A stretch of 32,000 nucleotides of DNA, taken from the NCBI RefSeq assembly GCF_036323395.1, contig NZ_AP028907.1, forward strand, positions 540,001 to 572,000, written 5' to 3'. This stretch comes from Pyrodictium abyssi (GTDB lineage Archaea > Thermoproteota > Thermoprotei_A > Sulfolobales > Pyrodictiaceae). This document shows, in pieces, positions 1 to 8,595 of the stretch. The notes beneath the pieces were generated by a model. That model did no database searches. It saw only the letters and a list, made by a program, of their open reading frames with translations, and was not told where the DNA came from. The stretch's first letter is position 1, and each line of letters starts with the position of its first letter. The position numbers and the translations under genes were made by a program.

Positions 1-2
1 AG

Positions 3-281
3 CAGCTAGCCACGGTGGGCGTCAAGATAGCCGGCCCCGGTGCGCAGGGGCAGCAGACAGGGATGCCGACGGAGACTGCAGCGGCGCAGACGGCTACCGT
101 GCAGGCTGAGCAGACTAAGGCCAGCGGAGCCACGGCTACCACGGCTAAGCCGGCCCCGGCCACGGCTGGCGGGGAGCAGACGGCTGAGGAGAAGGGCGTG
201 GGAGCCAACACTACGCTCATAGCTGCGGGTGTAGTGGCGGTAGTAGGGGCTGCAGCAGCGGTGGTACTTCTGAGACGCTAG
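3..281 (+). CDS. 3' end of a gene entering from the left edge: Thr/Ala-rich linker plus C-terminal transmembrane anchor (cell-surface protein tail)
   Basis: Frame is open from nt 3. Translation is low-complexity (TETAAAQTATVQAEQTKASGATATTAKPAPATAGGEQT), then a hydrophobic helix LIAAGVVAVVGAAAAVVLL followed by RR and TAG at 279-281. Confidence 0.5.
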   Translation, partial: QLATVGVKIAGPGAQGQQTGMPTETAAAQTATVQAEQTKASGATATTAKPAPATAGGEQTAEEKGVGANTTLIAAGVVAVVGAAAAVVLLRR

Positions 282-332
282 CCCCCAGGGGGCCCAGCCG
301 TTAGCGTCCGTGGCGCGTCTTGGCGTAGCCCT

Positions 333-341
333 CGTTTTTCC
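333..341 (+). terminator. T-tract (T5), candidate archaeal intrinsic terminator after the first gene
   Basis: cgtttttcc lies about 55 nt after the TAG at 279-281, preceded by the palindrome gcccccagggggc (283-295). Confidence 0.3.
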
Positions 342-512
342 TTCCTCGTAGAGTCTCGTGTGTCTCCTTCCTGGCTGCTCTGCTGGGCGCCAGGTCCTGC
401 CAGGTAACCGGCTGGGCTAGCGTGCCCCGGAGACAACACGAAGCCGTTTCTTAAACGCTGCGTTAAAATCAGCCTGGGAGCCTCCAGGGCCCCGGAGGGT
501 GCAAAGCCGGCC

Positions 513-1268
513 ATGAGGCGCCTGCTGCGGCCCCCTCGGGAGCCCAGCGCGCTAGGCATAATGGCCTTCAGCGCCCTGGTGGGCCTAGCGACGGCGGCTA
601 GCCCGAGCCCGGCAGGGCTAGCCCTCGCCGTAGCCGCGGTGCTCCTCCACGTGTTCACGTTCGACGCGGCCTTCGACGCTGCTAGGCTCCGGAGGCGGGG
701 GCTGCTCGCCGCGCTAGCGGCGCTGAACGCCTCCCCCTACCTCCTAGCCGTGCTGCTCTGGCGCGACTGGGTGCTCGCTGCTGCTGTGCTCGCCTACGCT
801 CCGGTGCTGGCCGTCTACCTGGTGCTGAGTCTCCGGGGCGCGCTGAGGACACCGCCGGGCTACATCGCGGGCGCAGCGCTGCTAGCCTACACGGCTGTGC
901 TCTCGGCCGCGCTGGCGGGGGAGCCGACCAGGCTGACACTGGCTGGCTTCGCGCTAATGATGCTCTACACGGCGAGCACAGCAGCCTACGTGGAGACACG
1001 GCTACCCACGAGGAGGACGAGCCCGCTCCTCCCGCTAGCGGTATGGCTTCCAGCGCTCCCCGTGGCAGCAGCTACCTGGCCCTGGCTCTTACTAGCCTGC
1101 ATAGAGCCCACGGCCAAGCTGATGGTAAACGCGGCGAGGAACACCAAGATAGACATGAGGGAGATAAGGCGGCTAGGCTGGAGGGAGCTCGCCCGGCTAA
1201 CACTCTTCACAGCCCTGCTCACTGCCTCGCTAGCAGTGCTCCGTGGGACAGACCCAGAAGCCCCGTAG
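513..1268 (+). CDS. Polytopic integral membrane protein, function unknown
   Basis: 251-aa ORF dominated by Ala/Leu-rich hydrophobic segments (about 7-8 predicted helices by eye) separated by short Arg-containing loops. The overlapping opposite-strand and off-frame ORFs are Arg/Pro/Ser junk. The start could also be ATG 561 (MAFSALVG). Confidence 0.6.
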   Translation: MRRLLRPPREPSALGIMAFSALVGLATAASPSPAGLALAVAAVLLHVFTFDAAFDAARLRRRGLLAALAALNASPYLLAVLLWRDWVLAAAVLAYAPVLAVYLVLSLRGALRTPPGYIAGAALLAYTAVLSAALAGEPTRLTLAGFALMMLYTASTAAYVETRLPTRRTSPLLPLAVWLPALPVAAATWPWLLLACIEPTAKLMVNAARNTKIDMREIRRLGWRELARLTLFTALLTASLAVLRGTDPEAP

Positions 1269-1307
1269 GGGGCTTCCTACCACTTATCAAGGGGAAGGGG
1301 GGCACTG

Positions 1308-2195
1308 GTGCCTCCCCTGAGGTGCCGCCGGGCTGTGCTAGACCGGGGCCTACTCGCGGTAGCCCTCCTCAGCCTCGCGGGCGCTGCTGTGAAGATCTAC
1401 GGCTCGCTCGTCTACGGCAGCCGTGCGCTGCTCGTGGACGCGCTCACCTGCGCTGCGAACATGGCTGCGCTCGCGGCCATGCTCTGGTACCTCCACGTCT
1501 CCCGTGCCCCGCCGGACGAGGACCACCCCTACGGGCACCAGAGGCTGCGCTACGGCGGCGCGCTCGCCAGCCTCTCCGCGTACATGTTCGTGGCCGGTGC
1601 TTCGGCGGCGGCGCTGGTCTACAGCCTCGGCGGCTACACGGTGGAGGCGGGCAGCACGGCAGCCGCCCTGGCAGGCAGCGCGTTCTACGCAGCCGCGATA
1701 TACGTGGCCCGGGGCATCGACCCCGTGCTCCGGGTCTACGCGGGCTTCACGGCGAGCGAGCTGATAGAGAGCGGCGTCACGGCTGCGAGTAGCTGGCTCG
1801 GCGCAAGCCTAGGCTACCTCTACGACCTAGCCGGCGGCGTGGCCATCCTCGCCTACCTGCTCCACGAGGCCGTGGAGACCCACCACAAGCTGATGAAGAT
1901 ATTCGCCGACACTGCTGCTCCACAGCACTTCTACGAGCTGGTCGAGCGCGAGGCGCTGCTCCGCGGCCTACACCCCGTCCGTGTCAGGCTCCGCATGGTG
2001 GACGAGAAGCACTGCAGCGGAGACCTCATAGTGGTGCCCGAGGAGGGCATGCCCCCGGACGTGGCCGATATACTAGCCGACGAGCTACAGCAGGAGCTAC
2101 ACAGCCACGGCTGCGACGTCGTCATACACGTAGGGCTACAGGAGCGCCGCAACAGCAACCAGAGCCGGAGAAACGGCGGGAAGCACTATAACTGA
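1308..2195 (+). CDS. Cation diffusion facilitator (CDF) family divalent-metal efflux transporter
   Basis: LLVDALTCAANMAA...DEDHPYGHQRLRYGGALASL matches the CDF TM2-loop-TM3 signature (D..HP(F/Y)GH.R). A C-terminal cytoplasmic domain (VRVRLRMVDEKHCSGDLIVVPEEGMPPDVADILADEL...VVIHV) resembles the CDF dimerisation domain. GTG start. Confidence 0.8.
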   Translation: MPPLRCRRAVLDRGLLAVALLSLAGAAVKIYGSLVYGSRALLVDALTCAANMAALAAMLWYLHVSRAPPDEDHPYGHQRLRYGGALASLSAYMFVAGASAAALVYSLGGYTVEAGSTAAALAGSAFYAAAIYVARGIDPVLRVYAGFTASELIESGVTAASSWLGASLGYLYDLAGGVAILAYLLHEAVETHHKLMKIFADTAAPQHFYELVEREALLRGLHPVRVRLRMVDEKHCSGDLIVVPEEGMPPDVADILADELQQELHSHGCDVVIHVGLQERRNSNQSRRNGGKHYN

Positions 2196-2538
2196 GGCCT
2201 CGGGGTGGGACCCGCCGGCTCACCCCGCCCCCGGGCGGCTGCCCGGCGTCACCGGCGCGGCCTCCAGAAGCCATAGTACCGCACACAGCCTCTGATAAAC
2301 GCTGCCGAGTCCTCAGCAAGCCGGATCTACAGCGTGGCTGTGTTCTACGGAGGCCGGAGGCGTACTGCTCGACAGCCCGACTACTTTAGTGATCGAATGC
2401 AGAGGTTGTGGAAGCCAGCTAGAGGCGTAGGTGGCGGCCCCAGGGCTCGTGATATAGTTCTTCTCCGTTTCTGGCTGAAGGGCTGGGCTAGCTTTTTACG
2501 GGGGACGTCTATGGGTGTCTCGCTGGCGCTGCCGCTCC

Positions 2539-2847
2539 TTGGGCTTAGTGTATGTTGAGGGTGTGGTTAAGCACCGTGGTAGGAGTAAGCGTGTAAGGTT
2601 CCTCGTAGATAGCGGTGTTACGTATACTGTGTTGACCCGGAGTGTCTGGGAGGAGCTGGGCCTGAAGCCGCTGGGCAAGATAGAGTTCATCCTAGCCGAC
2701 GGCACTGTTCTGCGTAGGAAGGTGTCCGAGGTTCTGCTAGAGCTGCCCTGATACGGGGAGAGCGAGGACGAGAATCTCCTGGGCATTGTGACTCTCGAGA
2801 TATTCGGGCTCATGCTCGACCCGTTCCGGAGGCGCTCCGCCCCATAA
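2539..2847 (+). pseudogene. Retropepsin-like (clan AA) aspartyl protease interrupted by an in-frame TGA at 2749-2751
   Basis: (M)GLVYVEGVVKHRGRSKRVRFLVDSGVTYTVL carries the D-S/T-G active-site motif. After TGA the same frame continues YGESEDENLLGIVTLEIFGLMLDPFRRRSAP to TAA at 2845-2847, which is the conserved C-terminal LLG..tLE.lGL.lDP motif of this family. The ORF-track ATG is 2515; TTG 2539 gives a family-typical N-terminus. Confidence 0.6.
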
Positions 2848-3054
2848 GAGCGCTGATGAAGAGCCTCTGGGATAGAACAAGTACGCATAGCATCCAGGAT
2901 TGAGCTGCGTGCAGCAGTAGACAGCAGTGTATTCCATACTTCTGGGCAGCCAGCCCGTCGGGGGATCTAAGACATCCTCAGGGTGGCCGCTATAGGACAA
3001 AAAGGGTTATGGTGGAATGTAAGGGCAGAGAGCCGGAGGCTTACGTTAGCTCTT

Positions 3055-3396
3055 CTATCGGTGGTCCTCGCCGCCGGTGAAGGGCCCTATATAGCTCCTG
3101 CACGATACCTCTGCATCGATATACAGCGTACCAATATAGTAGCTATCGCCATCATAGTCGAACTTCACAGGCAAACAGTAATAATAGCCATCAATAAACG
3201 CGCATCTCTCATATTGGTTCTTAATATCAATGGTTGCATCCAGATAGTAGAATTCCTCAGTTTCTTTGGTAACGCCTACTGATGCGCTCAGTAGACCTGC
3301 TATCGGAGCCAGTTCTGGATAGCCAAATACCAGTGGTAGTACTGCTCCTGAAACAGATAGCATAGGGCTCGTCTTTATACTTCTACGTAATATCAT
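3055..3396 (-). CDS. Hypothetical small protein with N-terminal hydrophobic (signal/anchor-like) segment; low-GC island gene
   Basis: 113-aa ORF, AT-rich codon usage unlike the rest of the window. N-terminus MLSVSGAVLPLVFGYPELAPIAGLLSASVG, Tyr/Asp-rich C-terminal part. No family recognised. Confidence 0.4.
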   Translation of the reverse strand: MILRRSIKTSPMLSVSGAVLPLVFGYPELAPIAGLLSASVGVTKETEEFYYLDATIDIKNQYERCAFIDGYYYCLPVKFDYDGDSYYIGTLYIDAEVSCRSYIGPFTGGEDHR

Positions 3397-3890
3397 ACAC
3401 GTCTATGTTTAGATCGTCACGCACTATAAAGTAGTACTTGGGATTCCAGTAACCCTCTATCGCTTTAAAGGCCTTTACAGCCTCTGCAGTATAGTTGTAC
3501 AGCGTTGTTATCTGAGACCATGACTTTATTTTGCCATCGGATATATTAGGTTTCATTAGTGTCATATCAGCCTTTATTGTGGGTACTCTAATGCTTCCAG
3601 CATAGAATACCAGTACGTACCTTGCAAAAGCTATATTGCCGCGTATGCCAAGTGCTGCAATAGCGTCTCCCTCGAAGTCTGCACCTTTGTCAAAGTCCTC
3701 AAATTCAGAAAGCCATAATTTTTTCTTCGTCCTTCTTACTATCCAGCTTTACCGTGAAGCCAGCTATTTCATAGTCAGCATAAGCTACATCCTCACTTCC
3801 TATTGGTATTATTCCAGCAGTTACAGTGAATACTATCTCGATATTTCTTGTCTCACTTGCCACGAACTTTTCTTTAAGTTGTATAATCAT
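3383..3890 (-). pseudogene. Hypothetical low-GC island gene split by a frameshift at an A6/T6 homopolymer
   Basis: ORFs 3705..3890 and 3383..3565 lie in different frames. The frame of the downstream ORF stays open upstream through 3566-3733. Removing one base from the T6 run at 3719-3724 fuses them into about 168 aa (..KLDSKKDEEK|LWLSEFEDFDKGADFEGDAIAALGIRG...). Confidence 0.35.
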
Positions 3891-3917
3891 CTACTATGTC
3901 GGTATCTCCATGGAGTT

Positions 3918-4349
3918 TTACAAAGGTATACCCACATCCTCATCGCTTTTATAGACTTCCTCTAGCTCCCACACCATTTTTATGTAAGGGTTCTGATATA
4001 TCGGTGGTAGCTCCGGTGGCGACCAGCCATCTTCCTGTACACTGCTGCTGGTGCGAACTCGTATATGCTCCTGTAGTAGCTTCTCTAGCTCGGCTCTTGT
4101 GATAGCTGGCTTCTTCCCTAGCTCGACTATGCTCCCGTTAGGGAGCCAGCCGTAGAGGCTCAGTGACGCTGGTACCTTGCCATTAAGGGTGTCTATGGTT
4201 ACCGTGATTCTTTGGCCGCTGAAGAGCTTCTTGAAGTACTTCACTGATACGTCTTTAACGGTGGTATCTACCTCCAGCGTCTTGTAGACGGGCCAGCCTC
4301 CTAGCGCGTAACTTACTGTAGCCATGGCTAGAATGGCTAGAAGTGACAC
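3918..4349 (-). CDS. Hypothetical secreted or membrane-anchored protein (low-GC island)
   Basis: 143-aa ORF from GTG 4349 with hydrophobic N-terminus SLLAILAMATVSYALGG. The frame is open upstream (KKSRIKLHSVIAV...). An ATG at 4393-4391 is out of frame by one base across a G5 run (4386-4390). One extra G would give MPPKKSRIKLHSVIAVSLLAILAMA, a textbook signal peptide. Confidence 0.5.
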   Translation of the reverse strand: MSLLAILAMATVSYALGGWPVYKTLEVDTTVKDVSVKYFKKLFSGQRITVTIDTLNGKVPASLSLYGWLPNGSIVELGKKPAITRAELEKLLQEHIRVRTSSSVQEDGWSPPELPPIYQNPYIKMVWELEEVYKSDEDVGIPL

Positions 4350-4595
4350 AGCTATGACGCTGTGTAGCTTAATGCGGCTCTTCTTGGGGGCATGCTTTTC
4401 ACCATCCAGTTGTCGGGAACTATAGTTGTCCCCGGAGTAGTTTTAGAAATTCATCTACTTGCTATGTTAGGTTTTATTTAAATCACCTGGTATCCTATAC
4501 GAGATAATCTGGCGTGTTTGAGGATAGCGGCGTAGTGTCGGTTCTGCAGGTCTTAAGCCCTTCCGCGTATAAACGGTGAGACCGGGTTGCACTAG

Positions 4596-5882
4596 CTAGG
4601 CTCTGGGTCTCGGCCCCTCGCGGCGGAGTTTTGCGGCGATGTCTAGTAGGCGGCGGGCGGCCATCCGCTTATGCATCATGGGTATCTCGTGGCGCTCGCC
4701 GCGCCAGGTCACCACGAGTAGCCGGTTGGTGTCGCTGGCGAAGGCGGCGCCGGGCTCTAGTGCGTTGTTGGCGGCGACTGCGTCCAGCATGTAGCGTTCT
4801 AGCTTCTCCCGTGCCCGCTCCTCTAGCTCCTCGTCGCCCGCCGCTGTCTCCGCGGCGAAGCCTACGTGGACGGCGCCGGGTGCGGCTCTCACGGCCTCTG
4901 TGACTATCTTGGGGGTGGGCTCGAGCTCGAGCGTGAGTCGGCCGGCGGCTGTCGGCAGCTTGGCTTGCTGCACGCGGGCTGGCCGGTAGTCGGCGACTGC
5001 GGCGGCGTAGAGCGCTACGTCTACGCCGTGTATCCTCTCGAGGACTGCTCGCCTCATCTCCTCGCTGGTCTCCACGGCCACGGTCTCTTGGAGGTAGCCT
5101 TGCCAGCCACCGGGGAGCCCGGTGCAGAGCGGGCCGTGGACCAGCGTTACTCTTGCCCCGCGCCACGCAGCCTCGAGGGCCAGGTAGACGCCCATCTTCC
5201 CCGTAGAGGGGTTCGTGACCACCCTCACCGGGTCGATGTGCTCCCGCGTAGGCCCCGCGGTGACCAGCACCCGGAGGCCCTCCAGGTCCCTGCCCCTTGT
5301 CACGAGGGCCTCGGCCCACCATGCTACCAGCTCTACCGGGGGGTACTTCGCCTGCTCCCCCTCCACCACGGGCCTCATCACGTGGAAGCCCTGCCGCTCC
5401 AGCTCCTCGACGAGCCCACGGGCCCGCCTCCACATGCCGAGGTGCATAGCCGGGGCGAGGAGCACCGGCTTGCCGAGCCCAGCAGCCTCCTGGACGAGAG
5501 CCGAGACCGGGGTGGAGGCCCGGAACCCGGCTATCTCCGCCAGGGTGTCCAGGCTGGCTGGCGCCACTAGCACCGCGTCGCAGAGCCGGGCGAGCGACAC
5601 GTGCTCGATGGCGCCGGTGAGCTCGGTGACGGCCGGCAGCCCGGTGGCCCACTCGAAGAGCGTGGGCGAGACCAGCTCCGCCGCAGCCCGGGTCATGACT
5701 ACGCGCACGGCCGCGCCGTACCGCATGAGGAGCCGGGCCAGGTCAAGGCTACGGTAGATCGCGGCGCTCCCCGTCACGCCCAGGGCCAGGCAGCGGCCCC
5801 CCAGGTCGCCGCCCCGCTCGCCCACGATACCGCTACTCGGGTGCACACGGCCCCAGAGCGTAGGCTCCCAGCCCCGCGTCAA
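4596..5882 (-). CDS. coaBC: Bifunctional phosphopantothenoylcysteine decarboxylase / phosphopantothenate-cysteine ligase (CoaBC/Dfp)
   Basis: N-terminal flavoprotein domain (LALGVTGSAAIYRSLDLARLLMRYGAAVRVVMTRAA, PAMHLGMW) and C-terminal CoaB domain (LVTAGPTREHIDPVRVVTNPSTGKMG, AAAVADYRP). TTG start at 5882 from the ORF track; in-frame GTG at 5846 or 5825 is equally possible. Confidence 0.9.
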   Translation of the reverse strand: MTRGWEPTLWGRVHPSSGIVGERGGDLGGRCLALGVTGSAAIYRSLDLARLLMRYGAAVRVVMTRAAAELVSPTLFEWATGLPAVTELTGAIEHVSLARLCDAVLVAPASLDTLAEIAGFRASTPVSALVQEAAGLGKPVLLAPAMHLGMWRRARGLVEELERQGFHVMRPVVEGEQAKYPPVELVAWWAEALVTRGRDLEGLRVLVTAGPTREHIDPVRVVTNPSTGKMGVYLALEAAWRGARVTLVHGPLCTGLPGGWQGYLQETVAVETSEEMRRAVLERIHGVDVALYAAAVADYRPARVQQAKLPTAAGRLTLELEPTPKIVTEAVRAAPGAVHVGFAAETAAGDEELEERAREKLERYMLDAVAANNALEPGAAFASDTNRLLVVTWRGERHEIPMMHKRMAARRLLDIAAKLRREGPRPRA

Positions 5883-5889
5883 CGCGCCT

Positions 5890-7175
5890 AGCAGCCCCCA
5901 GGGGGAGGGCTACGGGCCCCCGGTAGGGGGATTAGTTGGGTTCGCCTCTGCATGATTATTGTGAATGTGGTCATCGGGTCATGTATGCTGACCGGGGCCC
6001 GGTCGGGTTTCGTCCGTCACCGCCCCAGGAGCCCTCAGACCCTGGGCTGAGGGCTATGGCTTTGAGGGCCTTCTTGTAGACGTTCATTGCTCCCACGGTG
6101 TCCCTGTCCGCCCTGAACCCGCACTTGGGGCACTCTGCTAGCCTGTGCCAGTATCTTAATGGGAAGCCGCATACTGGGCACTTCTTACTCGTGCTCCTCG
6201 GGTCTACGTAGACTATTGGCACATTGTACTCTACAGCCTTAGCCTCGATAGCTTGGAGTAGCTTCCTATACGCGAACTTTGACAGTCTGTCTGCCAGCGT
6301 GCTGGACTTCTGCGAGGCGTTGTGCCACAGCTTCTCTAGCTCCTCGACAGCTATAGCGGCCTTTGTTTTCCTGGCTTTAAGCACAAGATACTTGGCGACC
6401 TTTCTAGACCAGTCGAGGACTATCCTGGCGCTCCTACGGTGGAGAGAGCTAACGGCCTCCAATAACCTCTTGTTGCGCCTCCAGGAGTACGGTGCATCTT
6501 CTGCGCCATCTCGGCGAGATGTTTGAGCCTAAGCGCCTCGGTGCAGCGGGTCTTCAACCGCCTAATGCGCCCGCCGTCGTAGAGTGTTAGGGTCTTCAGG
6601 TTGAGGTCTAGGGCTAGGATTCTCCTTGGCGCGTAGGGCTCGTAGGTGAAGCGGAAGGGGACGACAATCTCTATCCGTGCTCCTGGAAGCCACTTGACAA
6701 CGACCTCGTACCATTTCCTGCCCTTGAACTTCTCTAGGTAGCTCTTACGATGCACCAATTTTAGCTTAAACGTCTTGTCTTTCAGCTTCACCGTGACAGT
6801 CCAGTTGCCGAAGTCTATGCTTGCGTCGTACTTGTCTAGCCTAACACTTAGCCTCTTCAATACTGGCTTCTTACCGCCATTCTTCCTAGCAGCCTTCACG
6901 AGCGCTAGTGCGTACTTGTACACCCGCTTAGCCTGGTGTGCCCTAAAGCCTCTGGAGCGTAGAGTCTTGTAGAACATCTGGTGGCATTGATTCAGAGTTG
7001 GTAGCTCATCTAGCTCCCATAGTGCATCGATAATCCTCTGTATCTCCCTACGGGCGAGCCGGAGCTCCGCGAACAAGTCATACTGACTACCTTTAACGAG
7101 GACAGCCCGCGCGCGCGTAGCGCCAGATCCTCTCCCCTCGGGGAGCAGCCCTTGCGGCTGCTCTCCCCCTCATCG
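5890..7175 (-). mobile_element. TnpB-only IS200/IS605-like element remnant with hairpin-rich ends (boundaries approximate)
   Basis: Palindromes flank the tnpB pseudogene: cccccaggggg (5895-5905) and cccccggtaggggg (5917-5930) at the 3' side; ctcccctcggggag (7132-7145) and the overlapping ggggagcagcc..ggctgctctcccc (7140-7167) at the 5' side. Subterminal hairpins are typical of this IS family. No terminal inverted repeats or target duplication are expected for it. Confidence 0.5.
5971..7076 (-). pseudogene. tnpB: TnpB (IS200/IS605-family OrfB, RuvC-like RNA-guided nuclease) disrupted by a frameshift
   Basis: The N-terminal ORF 6420..7076 contains the RuvC-I region (ILALDLNLKTL). The C-terminal ORF 5971..6462 contains IAVEELEKL (RuvC-II Glu), a CPVCGF...CPKCGF zinc ribbon and RADRDTVGAMNV (RuvC-III). 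The two frames overlap, and one missing base near 6485-6500 would join ..LAEMAQKMH to PYSWRRNKRLLEAVSSLHRR. No tnpA is present. Confidence 0.8.
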
Positions 7176-7446
7176 GGGCCCACCGCTCTGGGCGATAGTT
7201 GCGTATTACTGCTTAGGCCTTGTCCAGGTGCTCGTCCAGCCTCCTGCCTAGCGTCTCTTCGAGAAACCTCCTGTTCTGCTCCACCAGCCCCCAGCTCTCA
7301 TGCCGTGTATCCCGCCAGCAAAGCTGACAATAGCTGGGAGGAAGTCCTCCATAGGCTTCTCTTGTACGGCGCTCGACTACGTTCACTCTATGCTTCTCGT
7401 AGAAGGGTTGTGTCGGTACCTGGAACTGGAACGAACCCAGTTAATC

Positions 7447-7492
7447 AGTCACAGTAGGTTACAATGCTACATCCGCACGTTTCACTGTGACT
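7447..7492. repeat. Perfect 9-bp inverted repeat (AGTCACAGT / ACTGTGACT) with 28-nt spacer
   Basis: Read directly: agtcacagt at 7447-7455 and actgtgact at 7484-7492, about 90 nt upstream of the pantoate kinase ATG. Confidence 0.6.
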
Positions 7493-7579
7493 AGGCGGAG
7501 GAGCCTCTGCAACCCGGGGGAGAACCCAAATCGATAGAGGCAGCGAAGGCCCGAGCCGGCCCGGGAGGAGAGGGCAGGC

Positions 7580-8482
7580 ATGCCGGCCGGAGGCTGCGCC
7601 TACAGGGTGCACGTGCCGCTCCACGTCACCGGCCTATGGCTCCCCGTCTGGAGGCCGGTGCGCCGCGAGACCGGGAGCCTAGGCGCCGGGCTCCTACTCG
7701 AGCCGGGCGCCGAGGCACTCGTCTACACCTGCAGCGGCGGGGACTGCGGCGCCGAGGTCGTCGTCGAGGGCGAGAGGATAGGCCGGGCGCCGAGCGTCCT
7801 CGAGGAGCTGTGGCGGCTCCTAGGCGGGCCCAGGGCCCGCGTCACGGTGGATCTCCCCGTGCCGCTCGCAGTGGGCTACGCGGCCTCAGCAGCCGTAGCC
7901 CTAGCCGTGGCTGCTGGCGAGGCAGCGCTACGGGGCATGAGCCTGGAGGAGGCCGCGGCGCTAGCCCACGAGGCTGAGGTGGCGGCGGGCACGGGCCTGG
8001 GGGACGTAGCGGCCATGTACATGGGCCGTGGGCTCGAGCTACGCCTCGCCCCCGGCGCTCCGGGCCTCGCGCGGGTAGCCAGCTACCCCGTACCAGCCCG
8101 CCGGCTCTACAGCCTCGAGCTAGGCAGGATGACTACGGAGGAGATGCACCGGGGCCTAGGCGACCGGCTCCATGTGCTCGCCGCCCCCAGGCTAGCCCGG
8201 CTAGCCCGCCGGCCGAGCCTCGAGCGCTTCCTAGAGGAGGCCCGGGGCTTCAGCACCGAGGCTGGCTTCGCCCCACCCCGGCTAGCCGAGGCCCTTGACA
8301 GCCTGGTGGACGCGGGTCTGCTGCTCGGCTGGTACGCCAAGAAGAAGGTCGTAGTAGCCGTGCCCAGCCCCGGCGCAGAGGACGAGGCCCGCGATGCGCT
8401 CGAGAGGCTAGCCGGGGAGCACGGGCTAAAGCTGCGCAGCCACAGCCCCGCCCCGGCACCTCTCACAATACAGCCATGCTAG
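7580..8482 (+). CDS. Pantoate kinase (archaeal CoA pathway, GHMP-kinase fold)
   Basis: YRVHVPLHVTGLWLPVW...ETGSLGAGLLLEPG and AHEAEVAAGTGLGDVAAMYMGRGLELRLAPGAPGLARV parallel, as I recall them, the conserved blocks of Thermococcus pantoate kinase (..AHITAFF..GSLGAG.. / AHEAEV...GLGDV...GG.E.R..PG.PG). The genomic context includes coaBC, panE and panB. Confidence 0.8.
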   Translation: MPAGGCAYRVHVPLHVTGLWLPVWRPVRRETGSLGAGLLLEPGAEALVYTCSGGDCGAEVVVEGERIGRAPSVLEELWRLLGGPRARVTVDLPVPLAVGYAASAAVALAVAAGEAALRGMSLEEAAALAHEAEVAAGTGLGDVAAMYMGRGLELRLAPGAPGLARVASYPVPARRLYSLELGRMTTEEMHRGLGDRLHVLAAPRLARLARRPSLERFLEEARGFSTEAGFAPPRLAEALDSLVDAGLLLGWYAKKKVVVAVPSPGAEDEARDALERLAGEHGLKLRSHSPAPAPLTIQPC

Positions 8483-8595
8483 CCCCGCAGTCCATGCGGG
8501 CTAGCGGGTAGAGACGGAGCGGTAGAGCACCGCCTAGGGGCCGCCGGGTAGGCCATTAAGCAATCCATATATGTTGATGCCCGCGGCTAGTTTCT

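Noticed and set aside
278-658. Minus-strand ORF of 126 aa spanning the first intergenic region and the start of the membrane-protein gene
   Set aside because: Arg/Gly/Ala/Pro-rich shadow ORF overlapping a convincing membrane-protein gene and a likely terminator and promoter region.
2385-2480. C/D-box sRNA-like elements (gtgatcg ... gtgatat ... ctga), and a similar atgatta...ctga at 5954-5996
   Set aside because: The box C sequences deviate from RUGAUGA. The box spacing (about 55 nt between the C-like elements) does not fit the compact archaeal C/D architecture, and no terminal stem is present.
2749-2751. Selenocysteine at TGA 2749, or pyrrolysine at TAG 23134 / 23218
   Set aside because: I see no SECIS-like or PYLIS-like structure adjacent. 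Neither decoding system is known in Thermoprotei. Nonsense mutation or frameshift decay fits the many other lesions in the window.
2737-3000. Minus-strand ORF of 87 aa between the protease gene and the low-GC island
   Set aside because: Its 3' half is antisense to the protease C-terminus. It has a Cys/Tyr/Pro-rich composition with no motif or plausible start context.
4631-5891. Long ORFs overlapping coaBC in other frames or on the other strand (for example 4669..5652 -, 4866..5570 +, 5215..5757 +, 5601..5891 +)
   Set aside because: They fully overlap a gene with unmistakable CoaBC motifs. Their products are Arg/Pro/Gly/Ala-rich low-complexity strings, typical of off-frame translation in high-GC DNA.
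7152-7494. Plus-strand ORFs 7152..7457 and 7300..7494, and a minus-strand open frame 7213..7440 (GTG 7386; MNVVERRTREAYGGLPPSYCQLCWRDTRHESWGLVEQNRRFLEETLGRRLDEHLDKA)
   Set aside because: The plus-strand ORFs are Ser/Pro/Leu-rich and unconvincing. The minus-strand frame reads more protein-like but has no ATG, is under 60 aa from its GTG, and matches nothing I recognise. It may be a gene fragment next to the IS remnant.
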